A stretch of 64,000 bases of DNA from Monocercomonoides exilis PA203 (GCA_001643675.2 LSRY02000037.1:620001-684000), one strand, 5' to 3'; counted from the first letter of the stretch, positions 27,073 through 41,879 are shown. Notes: generated from the letters alone by a model not told the origin. Numbers and translations: made by a program.

Positions 27073-29100
27073 TTGTTTTTAATATTTCTCTATTTCATGT
27101 CAAGAAAGAAAATCTTTTTCTTTGTTAATCCTTATTATGGAACGAAAAACTTTTATTTTCAAATGTCTATATTCACAAGAAATTACTCTTATTTTTCTAG
27201 ACCACGATCAACAAAAAGTCGCCACGGAGCTATACAACACAAAATTTTACATTCTTTGGATGCAAAGGAACCGGAGGGATGCTTGCAACATTTTTTACTT
27301 CATCACCAAAAAGGAAAATCTTTTCGAGATGCAGTTGAATCTTCTTTTAGAGGTTTAAATTTTTTAATTATTTTCTCAATTATAATATACCATGAAATCT
27401 TCCGAATATTTTTGTTTCATAATGTGTTTTTTTCTGGAAAAGACAAAATCGATTCAATTTTGAGAAATCTTATAAACCTGTTGTCTGTATCCAATCCGCA
27501 ATTCAAATTTGATTTATTTGAATATATTTCAACAGTTTGCACACTTAATGAACTGATCAGCTTGGGCTGGCCAATTTCTCGAGGGGAGTATTACTACTCG
27601 AGAAAAGTTCTGAAAATAAAGGAAAGCACAAATTTATGCATTATTTTCAAAACTGTGAGAATAATTCACACGGTATTATTTTAATTAATAATAAATAACT
27701 AACTTATTGTGATCATTTTTTAACAAAAAAATTGCAATAATTTTTTTCAGATTCAGTGAAATTTTCATTGATGGAAGCATGGCTTTTGGATCACAGTTAT
27801 TGCAGTTGTGAAAATGCAAAACGAAAAAACAGACGTTTGTTATTTATCAGTTTTATGAGATAATCAATTATTTCTGATACATGATCCTCACTCTCTTCAA
27901 GGAAAATATTCATATGAAATCCACATTTATTTGTTTTCCACAAATGATGTATCCAACAGAGCAAACCGAGTATCCAAAGATTACAACAGATCTTCCTTTT
28001 CAAGCAGCTGAAAGCTCAGTGTGTGAAATTGAAGATATTAAATAAGAATATCAAACAAACTCATCATCATTGCCTTGTTTTCAAATACGTCTGAACATTT
28101 AATCACAACACTTCAATCATGTGGGCAATTTTTTATTTCACGATCAAAATTCGATGATGCTTCAAATGGTTGAACGAGAAGATAAATGAATTAAAGAAAA
28201 TATATTTCAGAAAAAGAAAAAAGATGAAAAGAAAAAAGATTAAAATAGAAAGATGAAAAAAATGAAAAAGAAAATCAAGAAAAAAATGACAAAACAAAAA
28301 AAAAGAACATTTCTTTTTCTAGCGAAAGAAAAACGATTGATTGACAGAACAAAGAAGCAACTACACGAAGAAATGATAAAAGATCTTGATGTGAAAATAT
28401 CATATTCATCCTTTTGCAAGAAAACGAAAAATTTCAGGAGAGTAAGAAAAAGAACAGATCTTTGTGAAATTTGCATGAGAGAGAGTTATTTGATGAGTAA
28501 AGAAAAGCAACTGAGGAGTTTGGGGAAGACTTTGAGCGAAAAGGAAATAGAAGAAATAAAATTGATTCAAGAACATAAAAAAATGACACAGTGTCAGAGG
28601 AACTATTACAACAATATGAAGAATAACTTAAGACGAAACGAAGCAATTGTTGAGATGGATTTCAAGGAGAATTGGCGCTTATCAATATCTCTAAATGAAA
28701 CTGGAAGAAATTTCTATGAAAAGGAACAAATCTTTCATTTGTGCTTTATTGTTTATATGAAAACCAACAATAATGAAATGAAAAATATTGGAATAATTTA
28801 TTTTCAAAAATTTAAACACATGATAATAAAAATATTTTCGAGTAGTTTAACTCTATTATTACGTGTTGATTTATTTTGAAAAGTATAGTTTTTTTTATTT
28901 TTTTTTATTCTTTTTTGCGACTATGTATCACATTTTTGAAATCCAAGTGTTTTCAATTTATTATTATCTAATAATTCGGTTTTATTTGAAAAAAAAATTG
29001 AGCTCTTTTGTTAATTGCTGAGCATCATGGCAAAAACGAATGGAACAGCGAAAAAGGGTTTTTGACAAATTTGATTAATTATAATTTGCGTAATGAGACG
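27073..29100 (+). mobile_element. Sola-like transposase pseudogene (most complete copy, no USP insert)
   Basis: N-terminal LISLGWPISRGEY, intron ending at 27750, then KISYSSFCK, RKRTDLCEIC, IVEMDFKENW, and HHGK near 29025. Homologous to the 22.3-kb core. Confidence 0.7.
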
Positions 29101-29785
29101 TTAATATTCAATTTATTATTTTGTTGGTTCTTTTTGCCTAAATAATAATTCATATTTTTGTGATTATTTTTGAAATCATAACTTTTTTTATGGTTGTTGA
29201 TTTTTCAAAGGTTGTTTGATTCCGAGAAAAGATTTTGAATTCAAATGAGAAAAGCAAAATTAATGTTTCAAAAACAAAGTTTTTGAGTTAAATTAAAGAT
29301 GACGATATCATTTATAAGTTTTTTCACTTTTCTTTGTTCTTTTTTTATAATTTAAGTGAAATTTTCGAATCGAAATTTTTGAATGAAAAACAATGATTTC
29401 ATAAATAATAACTTATTTGTTTTATTTTGATTCATATTCACCTTTTAAATCCACTTTTTATTTTTCATTCATCAACTTCATGTTCGTCACCTTCGATTTC
29501 TTCTATTATAATTGGTTACAAATCAAAAAATAACTTTTTCATGTTTGTTTTTTTTTGCAGTGAACTTGAATTTATTTCAACAATATCAAAAATACATTTC
29601 TAGTAAATCTTCAATTCTTTATAAAACAAAAAATATTATAATTGATGTTGAAAAAAGTGAACATGAAAAGAATTTTCGAAAATAAAAATATCGGCACAAT
29701 ATATATATATATATTTTTTAAAAAAAATAAATTTTAATGAGTGTAGTCATAAAGCGGATAATTTCAATCGGATTTGGTAGCAATA

Positions 29786-31290
29786 GGTTGGACAAAACCA
29801 GATGTGGCATAATGAAACTTGAAGCACATCAGTCATTTTTTAATAAAAAAATTATTTTGAAGTAAATATTATAGTTTTTGATATTTATAAGTTGAATTGT
29901 GTCATGAAAGCGAAAAATGAAATGGATTTATTGAAGAGCTTTCGTTCTTTTTTCAGTCATTTCTGTATCTGACCAGTCACTTGCTCCACTGCCATCATCA
30001 ATTATATCATCTTTTTCATACTCGAAATTATTTGATGAATCTGATGATATCTCATCTTCTGAAGGATCTTGATCGATGTCATCATCTGGAAAGAATTTTC
30101 TGAGTTCTTCGTGATATTCATTTTCATTGTAAAAAACCAAAATTTTCATGAATTCCAAAAAATTTTTATCTTCATGATGCTGATACAAATACGCATACAG
30201 ATACTCTTCCAGATCAGTATATTTCACTCCGAATGGAGGCATGTCACGGCGTAAGTGGGCCCAAGATCCTTCGATAGTGTTCGTTGATTCTCCCTTCACA
30301 TTCACAAATTCTTTTGAATGATTTACAGTATGATGGATATATCCTAATTCAGAGAGTTTGGAATATGCTTTCCATTGATCCGAAATTACGATGGAGCCTG
30401 GCTTAATTATTTTTTGAATAAGAGGAAGAAGCATGTTTGGATCGCCTTCCTACAAAAAAAGCTACCATTGAATGTTTTGATCCAATTGATTTTTGACGTT
30501 CAATTGCCCCGAAAAGCCAAATAAGTTTCTTATTTTTCCCTCGAACAATTTTTTGAAATTATAAAAAAAATATGTGAATGAATCACACCTCTTTTATATT
30601 TCCTTCTCCGCCAAGCCGATTCATCAATTTCCACCTCAACGCCAGGACCTCCTATCGTTCTTGGATTTTTGAATAAAAACATCGAACAAACTCTTCTGAA
30701 TATACTGTAAAATGCGCCAACAGAAAGGACTTCAACACTTGATATAAATGAAGCTTGAGTGTTTCTGATATGAAAGCAAAAACAATAAGCCAATATGAAA
30801 GGAGGAAAAAATTTTCAATGGCGATCGAAAAAAAATCGTTCCAGTGCGGATTGACATTCTTTTTTTGCATGTTGAACATGAATAATAAGATTTGCATCCA
30901 TATTCAGAAACAATTGAAATGTTTAAATGACCATTTTTGTATTTAAGGGGTTTGAAAAGAATTTCATTCTCGAAAAGAAAGTCTATTGCACTGCTTTCTA
31001 ATAAAAACCTTTGGAAAATGGAGTGTAATTGTTTGTAAGATTCTGAAATGCATGACATTCGAGCATAGTGAAGAATGTCGAACAAATTTTTTTTGATCGT
31101 TCCATTATTTGTGAGAAAAACTGAATTTTCTTTATTTTTCATTGGTTGAAATCCTTTCGTTTCTGATGAAAAAACCTTCAATTGTTCATTAATATAATAC
31201 AAGGAAAAGGAATAAGTGATAATCGCGAATTTTCATTGATGTCCTTTTTGTTTCAGTATGCCCCAGATGTGAACATGTTTGGTCTAGACT
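29786..31290 (-). mobile_element. Merlin (IS1595/ISXO2-like) DNA transposon, decayed
   Basis: CSTC Zn-ribbon, IGGPGVEVEIDES..RRKYKRG, a 49-nt GT-AG intron (30540-30588) that restores WLFGAIER, then GSIVISDQWKAY, HHTVNHS and TNTIEGSW. Degenerate TIRs at 29786-29818 and 31250-31290 (shared ggcata.tgaaac). Confidence 0.9.
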
Positions 31291-31299
31291 ATTTTGAAA

Positions 31300-32900
31300 T
31301 TACATTTCGATAAGAACAAATTGATAAACAAACAAAAGATATTTTAAGAGGCATATTTTGATAAAATTCAAGTTCCCACTTGTTGAAAATCAGTGACAAG
31401 TGTTCAAAATTTTGCAAATGTTTTTTCGTCATTATCTATTCAGCGCTGGAATAACAAGGTTTGATTGAATCGAAGTCAGATCAAAAAATCTAATTTGAAA
31501 TCACACTTGTTGATAAAAACAAAAGAAATTCAACAAAATAATAATAACATTTTTTGAAAGAATTCTCAAAAAAAAGTGCAATTTTGGATTTTGCAACATT
31601 CCTTTTGGTGGAAAGGCAAATGTCTGTACTGTTTATTCACCTTATATTTTAGTCAGAAAATAATTATGAAACTGTGTGAAAAAGTTTGTAATTATATTGT
31701 GCCAAATACAGTGATTAAAAATAGCACGTTTTGATAAAAAAAATTAAAAGCCTATTGTATGTTAAATGAAAGGAAATGTTTGACACAGCTTCAAGTGATT
31801 GCTCTCAAACTGAAGAAGCAAGCGAAAAAATTGATAAAGAATTACCAAGAAAATGATTCTCAACAAATCCTTTTCACTTAAAACTTTTCTATTGAAATCG
31901 CTTTGAGGTTTTTCCAAATGAATGAACAAATGAAATATAAACTGAACCATCTTGTTAGCACAAATGCAAAAATGGTTTTTCTACAGTTGTTTTATTCTTC
32001 AGGTGTGTATCAATTTTCAAAATTCAAGAATTTTGATTAGAAGATTTAAAAGAAATTGAACTTTTTCAAATGTGGAGGAGATGACGAAATTTGTCAAATA
32101 ATTGCCACAGTAAATGTGAACAGGGACAACCAATGAACACAATTTTTGAGAAATACTGTTTTCAAAATGCTGGATGGATATATTTTCGATGGCTTTTTTT
32201 TTTGCAGAAAAACCTTCACAGCATAAACTACCGATAATTGATTTGTTGGTTGAAATGTCTTTAATCAGGTTGTGAATGAATTGTTCTTATTCATGCACTG
32301 TTGAAAATTAAGGATTAAAACCTCAAAAAAAGGATATGATTGCGGTGTTGGCGTGGTTACAGTCACCACAGTGTACTGTTTGTTTGCTGCAGTTGCTCCA
32401 TTTCATGAATTGCTAAGTCCGTTATAAGAAATTCCTATTTGCTTTTCCATTTGCATTTGACATTTTTGTTTTTGAACCATTAAACAAACTCTGCTCCTTG
32501 AACGTTTTGGGAACATCAACGACACCGTAACAGATGGATTTTTTGACTTATTTGAATTAATGCCGTTTTAATCATTTGTTTCTCTTGCAGACGCTGAAAG
32601 ATTATAAAAGATTTATTTTATAATCATTTTGACATGCAATTGTTCCTATTCAGATAATTGATCTGATGAACCTGTGAAGCACTCAGTACACAATTTTCTT
32701 TGTTAGGTTCTCTGCAGTTTTTCCATCATAATTGATATTTGATTTGTGTTAAGTATTAAGCAATAATAATAAGCAATTGATGAATAATTTTGCGACGTGA
32801 AAAACAGCATGGAAATCAACACATGTTATTTGGACATAAATAAAACTTATACAAAACTTTCCTATGTTCTTTATTTTTGTCCACTTTGTGAAAACATATC
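31300..32900 (-). mobile_element. hAT transposase pseudogene fragment
   Basis: Minus-strand translation gives IIGSLCCEGF..KKAIE, VPVHIYCGNYLTN and LTRWFSLY, matching SICTDG..KKAIE, VFIYCCNHLTN and STRWQSLY of the 39-41 kb copy. Confidence 0.65.
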
Positions 32901-33309
32901 CATAAGTTATCTTCCACTATTTCTAACGAGATTTTAATCATTATCTCGTCTAATTTGTTAGGATGTTTGTTAACTTATAAAATGAAAAAGATTCCAATAA
33001 AAAATAAAAAAATTTTTTTTATATGGGCGATTATTTTTGATATCATATTATTTCATTTTTAAATTTCGATTGTTAAATTTCTCTTGAATATTCACAAAAG
33101 AATACTGAAAAGTAATTATGCTAATAAAAGATGTCTTCATTTTTATTTTGGCTTTTGCATTTGTTTTTGAAATGGTTTTAAAGAAATTAGTAATTAAAAT
33201 ACAAAATCTCTATTCAATGACAAACAATCTTTGAAAAATAAACACTTTGAAAAAAATTATTATTTCAAAAATATTCACCCATATTAATATATTGGAAAAA
33301 TATTAAAAA

Positions 33310-33553
33310 TGTCCAAATTTTTTTGTATAGTTCCTTTTGTTTTATTTGCAAATAAAATGAAAATTTCATATTTCGATCAAATTTCTGTTCCCACTTACCA
33401 ATATTCGTTGTTATGAAAACAAAATCTTTACAATGTGAAAATTAACATTCTGGTGAAAGTTGGTGAGTTGGAATAAAATTTTTATGAAAAATTTTAATTT
33501 TCATTTTGACCTGAAAATTTAACAAATGGAACTTTTAAAAAAAAATTTATACA
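33310..33553. mobile_element. MITE family C (~245 bp, ~85-bp TIRs, TGTC...GACA-type ends), copy 1
   Basis: Arms agttccttttg...tcgatcaaatttctgttcccact and their inverted counterpart. Other copies at 38457, 55448 and 58270. Confidence 0.75.
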
Positions 33554-33664
33554 AATGTTTGAAATTTGAATAAAAAAACATCATGAAATAAATAATCATT
33601 GATAAAAAGATTATTGGAAAAAAATTTTGAATAAAAACAAAACAACTAATTTCACAAAAAGGTA

Positions 33665-34112
33665 CAGTCCAAATCTAAAATTATTGCATCGGTTTTGTGC
33701 ACGACTTTTTGTGACACTATCCGATTGTGATAATACTCAATGCTGCTTCACACAGAAAAAAATAAAAATCAATCAATCAATTAATTAATTTTGTGTCAAA
33801 TTTTTAATTTTTGAAAATTAAATTAAAACGCATTTTTCAATAGAAAAAAATTTTTAGGATTTTATTAAGTTATTAGATCTTATTTTAACATAATTTTAAA
33901 AAAATCAAAAAATTTAGATTTCTGATCAAAAAGTTGATTTTTCAATGAAAAATCCATACATCATGAAGCAAAAAGAATATATATATATTCTGCCCTGTGA
34001 TTATATGTGATGGTAAATGAATGAAAAATTGGACAAAAATGTTGGTGCAAAGAATAATGTGATAATAAATGATGTAAATTATATTCGATGTGATTATATC
34101 CGGTTAGGACTG
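33665..34112 (-). mobile_element. MITE family A, copy 2
   Basis: Reverse-complement homology to 23498-23944 (cagtcc...tttttgtgacactatccgattgtgat; atattcgatgtgattatatccggttaggactg). Confidence 0.8.
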
Positions 34113-34140
34113 CATATCATTAATTAATATTTAACATTAA

Positions 34141-34753
34141 ACCTATGTGACCAGACAAGTCACTTGAAGCCTCGTCTGTCACAAAAAAAAAAGAAAAGAA
34201 AAGAAAAAAGAAAAAGAAAAAAGAAAAAATTTGAATAAAATGAACTTTTGCGAAAACTTCCAAAGACTTTTCAAAGCACTTCGGAATATATCTCTGTGAC
34301 ATGACAAGAGAAAATTGAAAAAATGACAAAATGATTGAAAAGATTAACACTATTTGCCTCATTTGGTTTTTACAGACGATTTCACAATTCATAATTGTTA
34401 TAATAATGAATTTAAAAACCTATATTAATAAAATTTTTTGTGTCGAAAAAATAAAAAATAAAAATAAAATGATCAAGCTCCCAACATGTATTCTTTATGA
34501 CAGGAAATGTCAGTTGAGGAATATTTATGTCACAATTTGTCATTGACCGTCACTGACAAATGAGAAAAAAAAACAGATATTTCGAATTAAATCAACAAAT
34601 TTTTTTCAAAGCTTTTGATATAGTTTTTTAAAAATGGAATCTATCATTTGTATTATTTTGTTTGAATATAATTAAATTTAATTAATAAATAAATTAATAA
34701 ATATTTATTTTTTGACAGACAAATGATTTTGTTACTTGTCATATCACAGAGGT
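34141..34753. mobile_element. Degenerate TIR element (possibly piggyBac-type, TTAA left flank)
   Basis: acctatgtgaccagacaagtcac...gtctgtca versus the inverted end tgacagac...gttacttgtcatatcacagaggt; many internal TGACA/TGTCA motifs. Confidence 0.5.
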
Positions 34754-35919
34754 GAAGTGATGGTTATTGAAAACAAAATTTTTCAGATTCTGTTAAATCG
34801 TATTTTCTTTTTTATTTTCTCAAAAAAGTGAGAAAAAATAAAATATTGGTGATTATATTGGAAATCATATTTAAACAGTTAAAACTTACTTCAAAAATAT
34901 CGCTTTGAATGTTGAAAAATGAACACAGAAAAGTTTTATCTTGAACAAAAACATTTTTTTGATGATCATAATTTCAAGCATCTTCAATTCAAACCATTAT
35001 CGTTTTTTTATATTTTGAATCAATTATTTCTTTCCAAAGAAATAAAACATGTGCAAAATCAACAATCCGAAATAAATTTTTATTAAAAAAATAATCACAC
35101 AAATTATGCATTTTTCATTTTGTGTTCAAATCCGATTATCTGAGTCTAAACATTTTCAGTAAAATAAATAACCATTTCACTCGTATTCTAAACTTTGTGA
35201 AACTTTTGAAAATTATAGAATGTATTTCAAATGCTTTCTTTAGATTGATTTAATCAGCAATAAGAAGAAATTTAAATATCATTTGCATTGCAAGAGTGAA
35301 GAGGAGTGTGTGATATGCAGATATGCATTGAATCATTGTTTGAGAATGAAATTAGCAATGAATCATTTGTAAAATTTCGTTAACATGGATTTGGTTCTGG
35401 TGAATAAGCAAAAGAAAAAGATAATGTGTGAATAAAAGAGGCGGATTGAGGATTTATGCTTATGTCAAAAGCGAGAGGAACTGAAGATGAAGGAGAAAAA
35501 TGTGTAGAAAAAAAATGAGATTGAGTTTGATTTTTGAGACTCGAAAAAAAATTGAATGGAAAGAATCCACATTGTTAATCTAATGCGAAAGAAGATTTTT
35601 AAGACAGTTACGTCTCTAGTTCTTTAAACAAAACAACAAAAGATGATATTATCATATTGTGATTCAAAGAATTAAATGAAGAACCTGATGGATGTCTTAT
35701 CACAGTAGGTTAAAATGTTGTTGAAGATGTAATATCATAAGAGATAGTTGAAGAAGGAGAAGGAGAGCAAGAGGAAGAAGAAGTTTCTAATGAAAATGAC
35801 GAAGCCAAAGAAGGAGAGGAAGAAGAAGATGTGGATGCAGAAGATGATCTCAACGATGAGTTGCACGGAAATGAATAAGGCGATGAACATGAAATGAATG
35901 TTGAAGGTGTCAAACAGAA

Positions 35920-36450
35920 TTACCTTTGACATGAAGATAATTTGCTGTTCGTTGAGTGTTTTTTAATTGGTGTTATGACTTCGATATCCGTGAAATGACC
36001 CTGAGAGCCTTTGTCTGCAACAATTGCCCATCTGTCTGTGTGAAGAGTGCAGAAATATTTCTCTTTTTCTTTGTCAGTCATCTTCAAATACTGAACATAT
36101 CTTTCTTTTCCTTCACGAAACAAAGCCACTTCATGTACACCTCCCATTACTGCATTTGACACAAATAAAGCTTTATGAGGATACCACGCTGAAACAGCAA
36201 CTTCAAATTTCATACTGTAAACTTGATGGTGTCCATCGTATAGTAGGTTTGAATCTTCAAATGGAATTGGAGGAGTGGAAACTTTGATGATTATCTCGTC
36301 AACCATAACAGAAACTCGTGGATAGACATCATTCAAAGGCAATTGATACATCAATGAATTAACAAGCATCTTTTCAAGAACAGGCAATTAAAAAGTTCGA
36401 TTGATCATGAGCATATGGATGAAAATTTTTGAAAAATCACCACAGATCAA
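35920..36450 (-). mobile_element. PIF/Harbinger/ISL2EU-like (DDE_Tnp_4) transposase fragment
   Basis: VMVD..IKVSTP, YDGHHQVYSMKFEVAV, GGVHE and AIVADKG match the DDE_Tnp_4 motif order. Truncated. Confidence 0.8.
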
Positions 36451-36869
36451 AATAGGATTCCATTATAATATTATTTTTCAATATTATCTTCTGAAAAAAA
36501 GAAATAAGTTCTTTATTTGTTGAAAAAAAGTTCATTCGAATACACAATGATAATGGAAAAAGACATAAATAAATATTGAATTTTTATTGCATATTTTGAT
36601 CAAAATAAATTATGATTTTATTAATATTAACGAATGCAAGAAGATATGAATTTTGGAAGAAAACCTGTTCACAGTATTTTTTAAGAACTGAGTGCTTTAA
36701 CAAAGAATGGTAATGGAACGATGTTTCAATTGATATAAAATACTTATTATTAGGATTTTGTGTGTTTCAGATGAATTGTTTTACACCTATAAAAAATATT
36801 TGTCTTCACTTTTGATGACAACTTCAAACAAATCAATGTATATGAAAAATTCTCTAATTTCACACAACA

Positions 36870-37500
36870 GAATCTCATCCTCCATCCTAAGTCTCACAGC
36901 CTCTGGACCCTTCTCCACAATCTCCCCTGCTTCACGCATTGCAATTGCTCACGCCATCACTTCATCTTCCAATTTCACTACCTCACTGCTTGACTGCAGC
37001 GAGCACTGCACCAGTCGCACTATCTCCGATTTCAGCAGTGACAGTTCAAGCAGATTTTAGATCGAAGCGGGAGCATCAACATCTTTCGCAGAAAAGATCC
37101 GCTTGCTTTTTGACTTCGTGCCCTTCAACTCTGCAAGCGACGGAAGCGGCGCCACCATCGAAACCGAAAGCAGCACAGAAAGCGCAGCATTGTTGATACA
37201 TTCAACACCACGATGCAGCATCGCACGCAGCGCCACAGCATAACCCATGAAGCATTCAAGGAGACAGAGGAGACAGAATCAGCATGTGGAATAGCTGCAG
37301 AAGTAGCTGGAACAGCATATTCCGCTTAAACACAGCAGCCTTCTCTCCAAATAATCCATTGCTGTCTTCGACAAGTTTTGTGCAGCCACAACAGACATGT
37401 TAAAGGAATCAATAACAGATTCATATAATGATGAAAATTCACCTCTCCTTCTTCCTTTCTTCAGATTTCGAGAAAGGAAGAATTCATAAATTATATACAT
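36870..37500 (-). pseudogene. Unknown repeated protein family, copy 1
   Basis: GYAVA..LSV..VAPLPSL...TKSKSKRIFSA aligns with 56845..57120 (GYVVA..LSV..VALLPSL...TKSGNKRIFSA). Confidence 0.6.
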
Positions 37501-38456
37501 GCGATTCCATTGTAAGAAAATAATGAAAGTTAAAACAAATCAAGGGAATAGCTGTTCGATGTGTGGTAACAGTTTGCGATGCACTTTGTAGACATTATCA
37601 CTTTAATGTTGTCTCGTTTTCAAAAGCAAATAAGAACTCAATATTTTGATCATCATTTGTGTTGTTTTTTGCATGAATATTCAACAAACAATTTGCCTTT
37701 AAGTTATTATTTTTTCAAAATAATTAACTAATTGTTTAGTGCACTTTTTGTTTCATCGAAAGCGTCAAAGTTGAAAACATAAAAAACAACTATATCAAAA
37801 ACAACGATATGAAGCTAACTAATAATCAATTCATTTGCTCAATGAAGTTTTATTTATAATCATTGTTGTTATTCAAATAAAAAATAGAAAAAACTCATAG
37901 CACTGAAAAAGACTAATGGAATTACTTTAAATTTTCGTGTTTCAGTTAAACAATAAAAATAAACAATAAATTACTTTTATTATTGTGTTTATTTGTTTGT
38001 GTTAACAACGAATATCGAAAATAATAAAACGACAAACTCTTCCATAAAGAAAAAATAGAGTGCGTTTATAATTAAAGAAAAAATTACGCTTCACAAATAT
38101 AAAGAGCTGATTTATAATTGGACAGATCAGGCTAAAAAAAAGTCAAATTTGAAAAAAACTTTCTCCCACATAACATGATATAGTTTTTTTTATCTCGAAC
38201 ATAAGGCTCTTTTTTCAGATAATTGTTTTCATTGAAAGCCATTCCCAACATATAGAAATATCGTCGTGTGTTGTCAATTTTTTTGTTCCTTTCTTTGGAA
38301 TTGCGCTTATTTCCATTTGAGCCAAGTTGCCTAATTCAACAAAAAAAGTCGATTTTAAGTCGAAAATGTTCTCCATCAGGGAAATTGAATATTAAGCGAA
38401 AAAGAACTTTGTAAGTTTCATCATAACTTTCTTTTTTTGTGGAATTCATTTCCATA

Positions 38457-38692
38457 TGTCTGAATTTTTTTGTAAAATTCTTTTTGTTTAATTTTCAAAC
38501 AAAGAAAATATTTCTTATTTCCATCAATTTATTGTTTCCACTCACGAAATCTTTTAAGAATGGAAATAATAGCATTGTCAAAATTTTGTTTTCGTGACAT
38601 CGAATATTTGGTTAGTGGGAACATGAAATTGATAAAAAATATCATTTTTATTTTATATGAAAATTTAACAAAAGGAAATTTTCAAAAACTAA
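38457..38692. mobile_element. MITE family C, copy 2 (diverged)
   Basis: Same TIR motifs (tgtttccactcacgaa / agtgggaaca...acaaaaggaaattttcaaaaa). Confidence 0.65.
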
Positions 38693-38949
38693 AAAGAAAA
38701 GAAAAGAAAAGAAAAGAAAAAAAAGAAAAAATGAAAAGAAACAGCTATTTTGGAAAAATTTAGAAATTATTTTTTTAAAAAGAAATCCAAGTGTGATATT
38801 TGAAAAAAATAATAATGTTTTTTGATAAAGAAAATACTCATAGAATCCAGTTTAATTCGAATAATGAAACTAAATGAAAAAAATGTTCACTTGTAACTTA
38901 ACTTTGTAGATAAAATTTCCCATTTCAGTTTTAAAAGTATACAGACACC

Positions 38950-41579
38950 ACAAGATATGAAACGAATTCATATCAAAGTTGTCATTAGAAATTGTTGGAG
39001 GCGAGTTGTGAATATTTTATGTCATTGTGAACATTGATGGTTTTTCAAAAAGAATATTGTCAGAAATGTCACATCTGCCAAAACAGCAAAAAAGATAATG
39101 CATGTCGAGTGATAAGAAAAAAGACTTATTCTTCAATTGTTAATCATAATTGCAGTTTACTAAATATTTCTTGTATTTTATCTTTCAAAAAGCAACTTGA
39201 TTCTCAACCAAAGCCAAAAATTGCATCAGAGAAAAAGCTGGATGGATCCGTATCAAAAAGTCAATTACAAGAGCATTTTGCATCATTTATGATTCGTTGC
39301 AATATATCTTTTTCATCATGTTCATCGAAGGAAGCAAACACTTTTTTTTCATCATTTATTCAATCAAGAAAAGAAAATCCATAAAAATCTAAGCAATCCA
39401 TTTATCCATTAATGACTTGAAGTTCAGTGTCAGAAATCTTGATGAAAGAACAAATAAGAAAAAAGGAAGAAAATATCTATTAGATCAACAATACAGGAAT
39501 TTGTCTCATGATGGATGGAGAAAATGCTGCTGTCAATCAATGCGCTGTTGTTACAGTTTCACAGTTGAATATCAATTCAATGCCATTCTTCTGGGGATTA
39601 TATGAATCCTGCGGATCAACATCAGAATACGAGAAATTGATTCATTCATTAATATTGGAATTTCATAAACATAACGCAGTGGTGAGGAGCATTTGCACAG
39701 ATGGGTGTGCGTCTCAAAAGAAAGCAATTGAACAATTATCAACAAAAAATTCCTTTCAATCAGTTGCAGTTGATTCAGTTTTATCAATAAATCCGGTATT
39801 TATATACTGTTGCAATCATCTGACGAATTTGGTAATTTATCATTCTTACAGCAAAGTTCATTTTTTTACGTGATTCAAAAAGGGAAATTCTGGAATTCGC
39901 TCAGCAATCAAATATAAAGAAAACCCAACATCTTTTCAAAAAAAGAATACCAACATTTTTTTCCACAAGATGGCAAAGTCTGTATGAATTGTGATCATTT
40001 ATTAGAAAAAATCGAGAAATAATCCAAAAAGGAAATCTAATGAATGATGGAACATTATGTGATGTCATGAAAGCAGAAGTGTTTCTTTTCCCTTTTCACC
40101 TTTTTCAATTAAAATTCGAAAGTGATAAAACAAAACTATCTTTTGTTTTTCCTTTATTGCTTGAAGCATTTGGATATTTGTTTTTTTTTTTTGACTGAAC
40201 ATCCCTTATTTTTTGTTTATGAATGGCACAATGCGATTGTCAACGTGATCGTGTATTTGTATAACTATTTATTCACTGGTAATAGAGGCATCACAATACC
40301 GTTATCATTTGCATTTACTCCAATTGGTTTTCAACTTTACAGAAGAGGAGAATTTTCTTCGCTTTATTTCAATTCACCAAAATGCTTTGCTGAAAAATGC
40401 AATTACACTTCAAAGTCAAATGATTCATATACAAAACATCATACTTTTTCACTTCTCTTTTCATCAACATCAGCTTGTCACTCGGAAGCTCAATCTTTTC
40501 ATGCTTTTTCTGAAAAAGATGACCAATTTTCTCCATTCACTTCTTCAATGATCAAAACAAAGGTTTCATTGTTGGCAAATGACATCCAAGAAGTGGCAAT
40601 GAAAAGATTGAATGAAAAACAATTTGATGGAGATGTCAACACTTTTACACATTTTGGATCATAAATGGAAAATGATAATGATGAAGAAGAAAGCCACAAA
40701 ACCTCAGATCACGATGAATTTTCTTCTATTCTTGAGCTGATAACGGAAATCGAAAAAGAAAATTTGATTATTCAAAAAGACATAGCAGGCAATGAAGAAG
40801 GATCGGATTCGCTCAGTGAAGAAGATGAATATGGATTATTTCTAGCGGAAGAAAATGATGAAGGCGATGAGTACGTTCCAAGGACATGTGAAATCTTATC
40901 ATCTGAAACTCCATTATCTTCTTCATCTTCATCTTGTTCAGCTTCAATATCTCTTTCCACACACCCATCAGCAACATCATCATTCAGTTCATTTGAAAAA
41001 AGTCATGCAGTATCTTCAGAAAGACAAGTTGAGCAAACTCTTGTTCAACGAAACAAAAAAAATGAAACTAGTGAACGTTTTGATAATGAATTTGATAATT
41101 TTGTGTTTCATTATGAAAACGAATGAGATACAAAAAAAGAATAATTGTTTTCGACTGGAAAATTTCAGACTTGTGTATAAATGAACGTATTCATTGAAAA
41201 TGAATTTTTGAAAAAGGTTGAAAATTCAATCACAAAGGACTTAGGTCTACGCCTAACTGATTCCTTCATGAAATATTCTGAGACATAGTGATAATTAGAA
41301 GGCGAGAACGCTTTTTTTTTCGAATATTTTTTCAGAAACAAACATATTCAAACCCTGAGCAAGTCTTTTAAAAAAAATTTTGAAGTTCATTACAAAGCGT
41401 TGACTTCAAATGGTGAACTTCCAATCTTGTTTTCCGGATGATGCTATTCTCTAATAGATTCTCCTTGTAACGAGGCATGTTGTGAGATAATTATCTCTCT
41501 GTTTCGTTTTATTTTCGGAGATAAAAGAAAATCGATATATCCACAAACTTTGGATGTTCAATTGAAAATGCAAGTTTAA
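38950..41579 (+). mobile_element. hAT transposase pseudogene (near full length)
   Basis: CxxC..H N-terminal finger-like region, MMDG, SICTDG, CCNH, TRW, acidic linker, and C-terminal dimerisation motif PCNEACCE...FIFGDKR. Many stops and frameshifts. Confidence 0.85.
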
Positions 41580-41823
41580 ATTTTTCGTTATCACACTATA
41601 TTTCTTCAAATCTAATTTTTATATTTGACAATTCATTTCCAAACACAAACATATAAGTTTTCATAAGAGAAAAAACTGTAGTTTTCACACTCTTATTGAA
41701 CTATCCATCAAAAATATGTTTCTTCTTTAACTTTTTATCACTTTTTGAATTTTGAAATAAAAAAATTGATAGTCTTCTATGCATTAATCATTATAAGTAT
41801 TTTGAGAGATACTATAAAACATT

Positions 41824-41825
<2 letters not shown>

Positions 41826-41879
<54 letters not shown>
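41826..41879. repeat. poly(T) tract ~54 nt
   Basis: Read directly. Confidence 0.95.
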
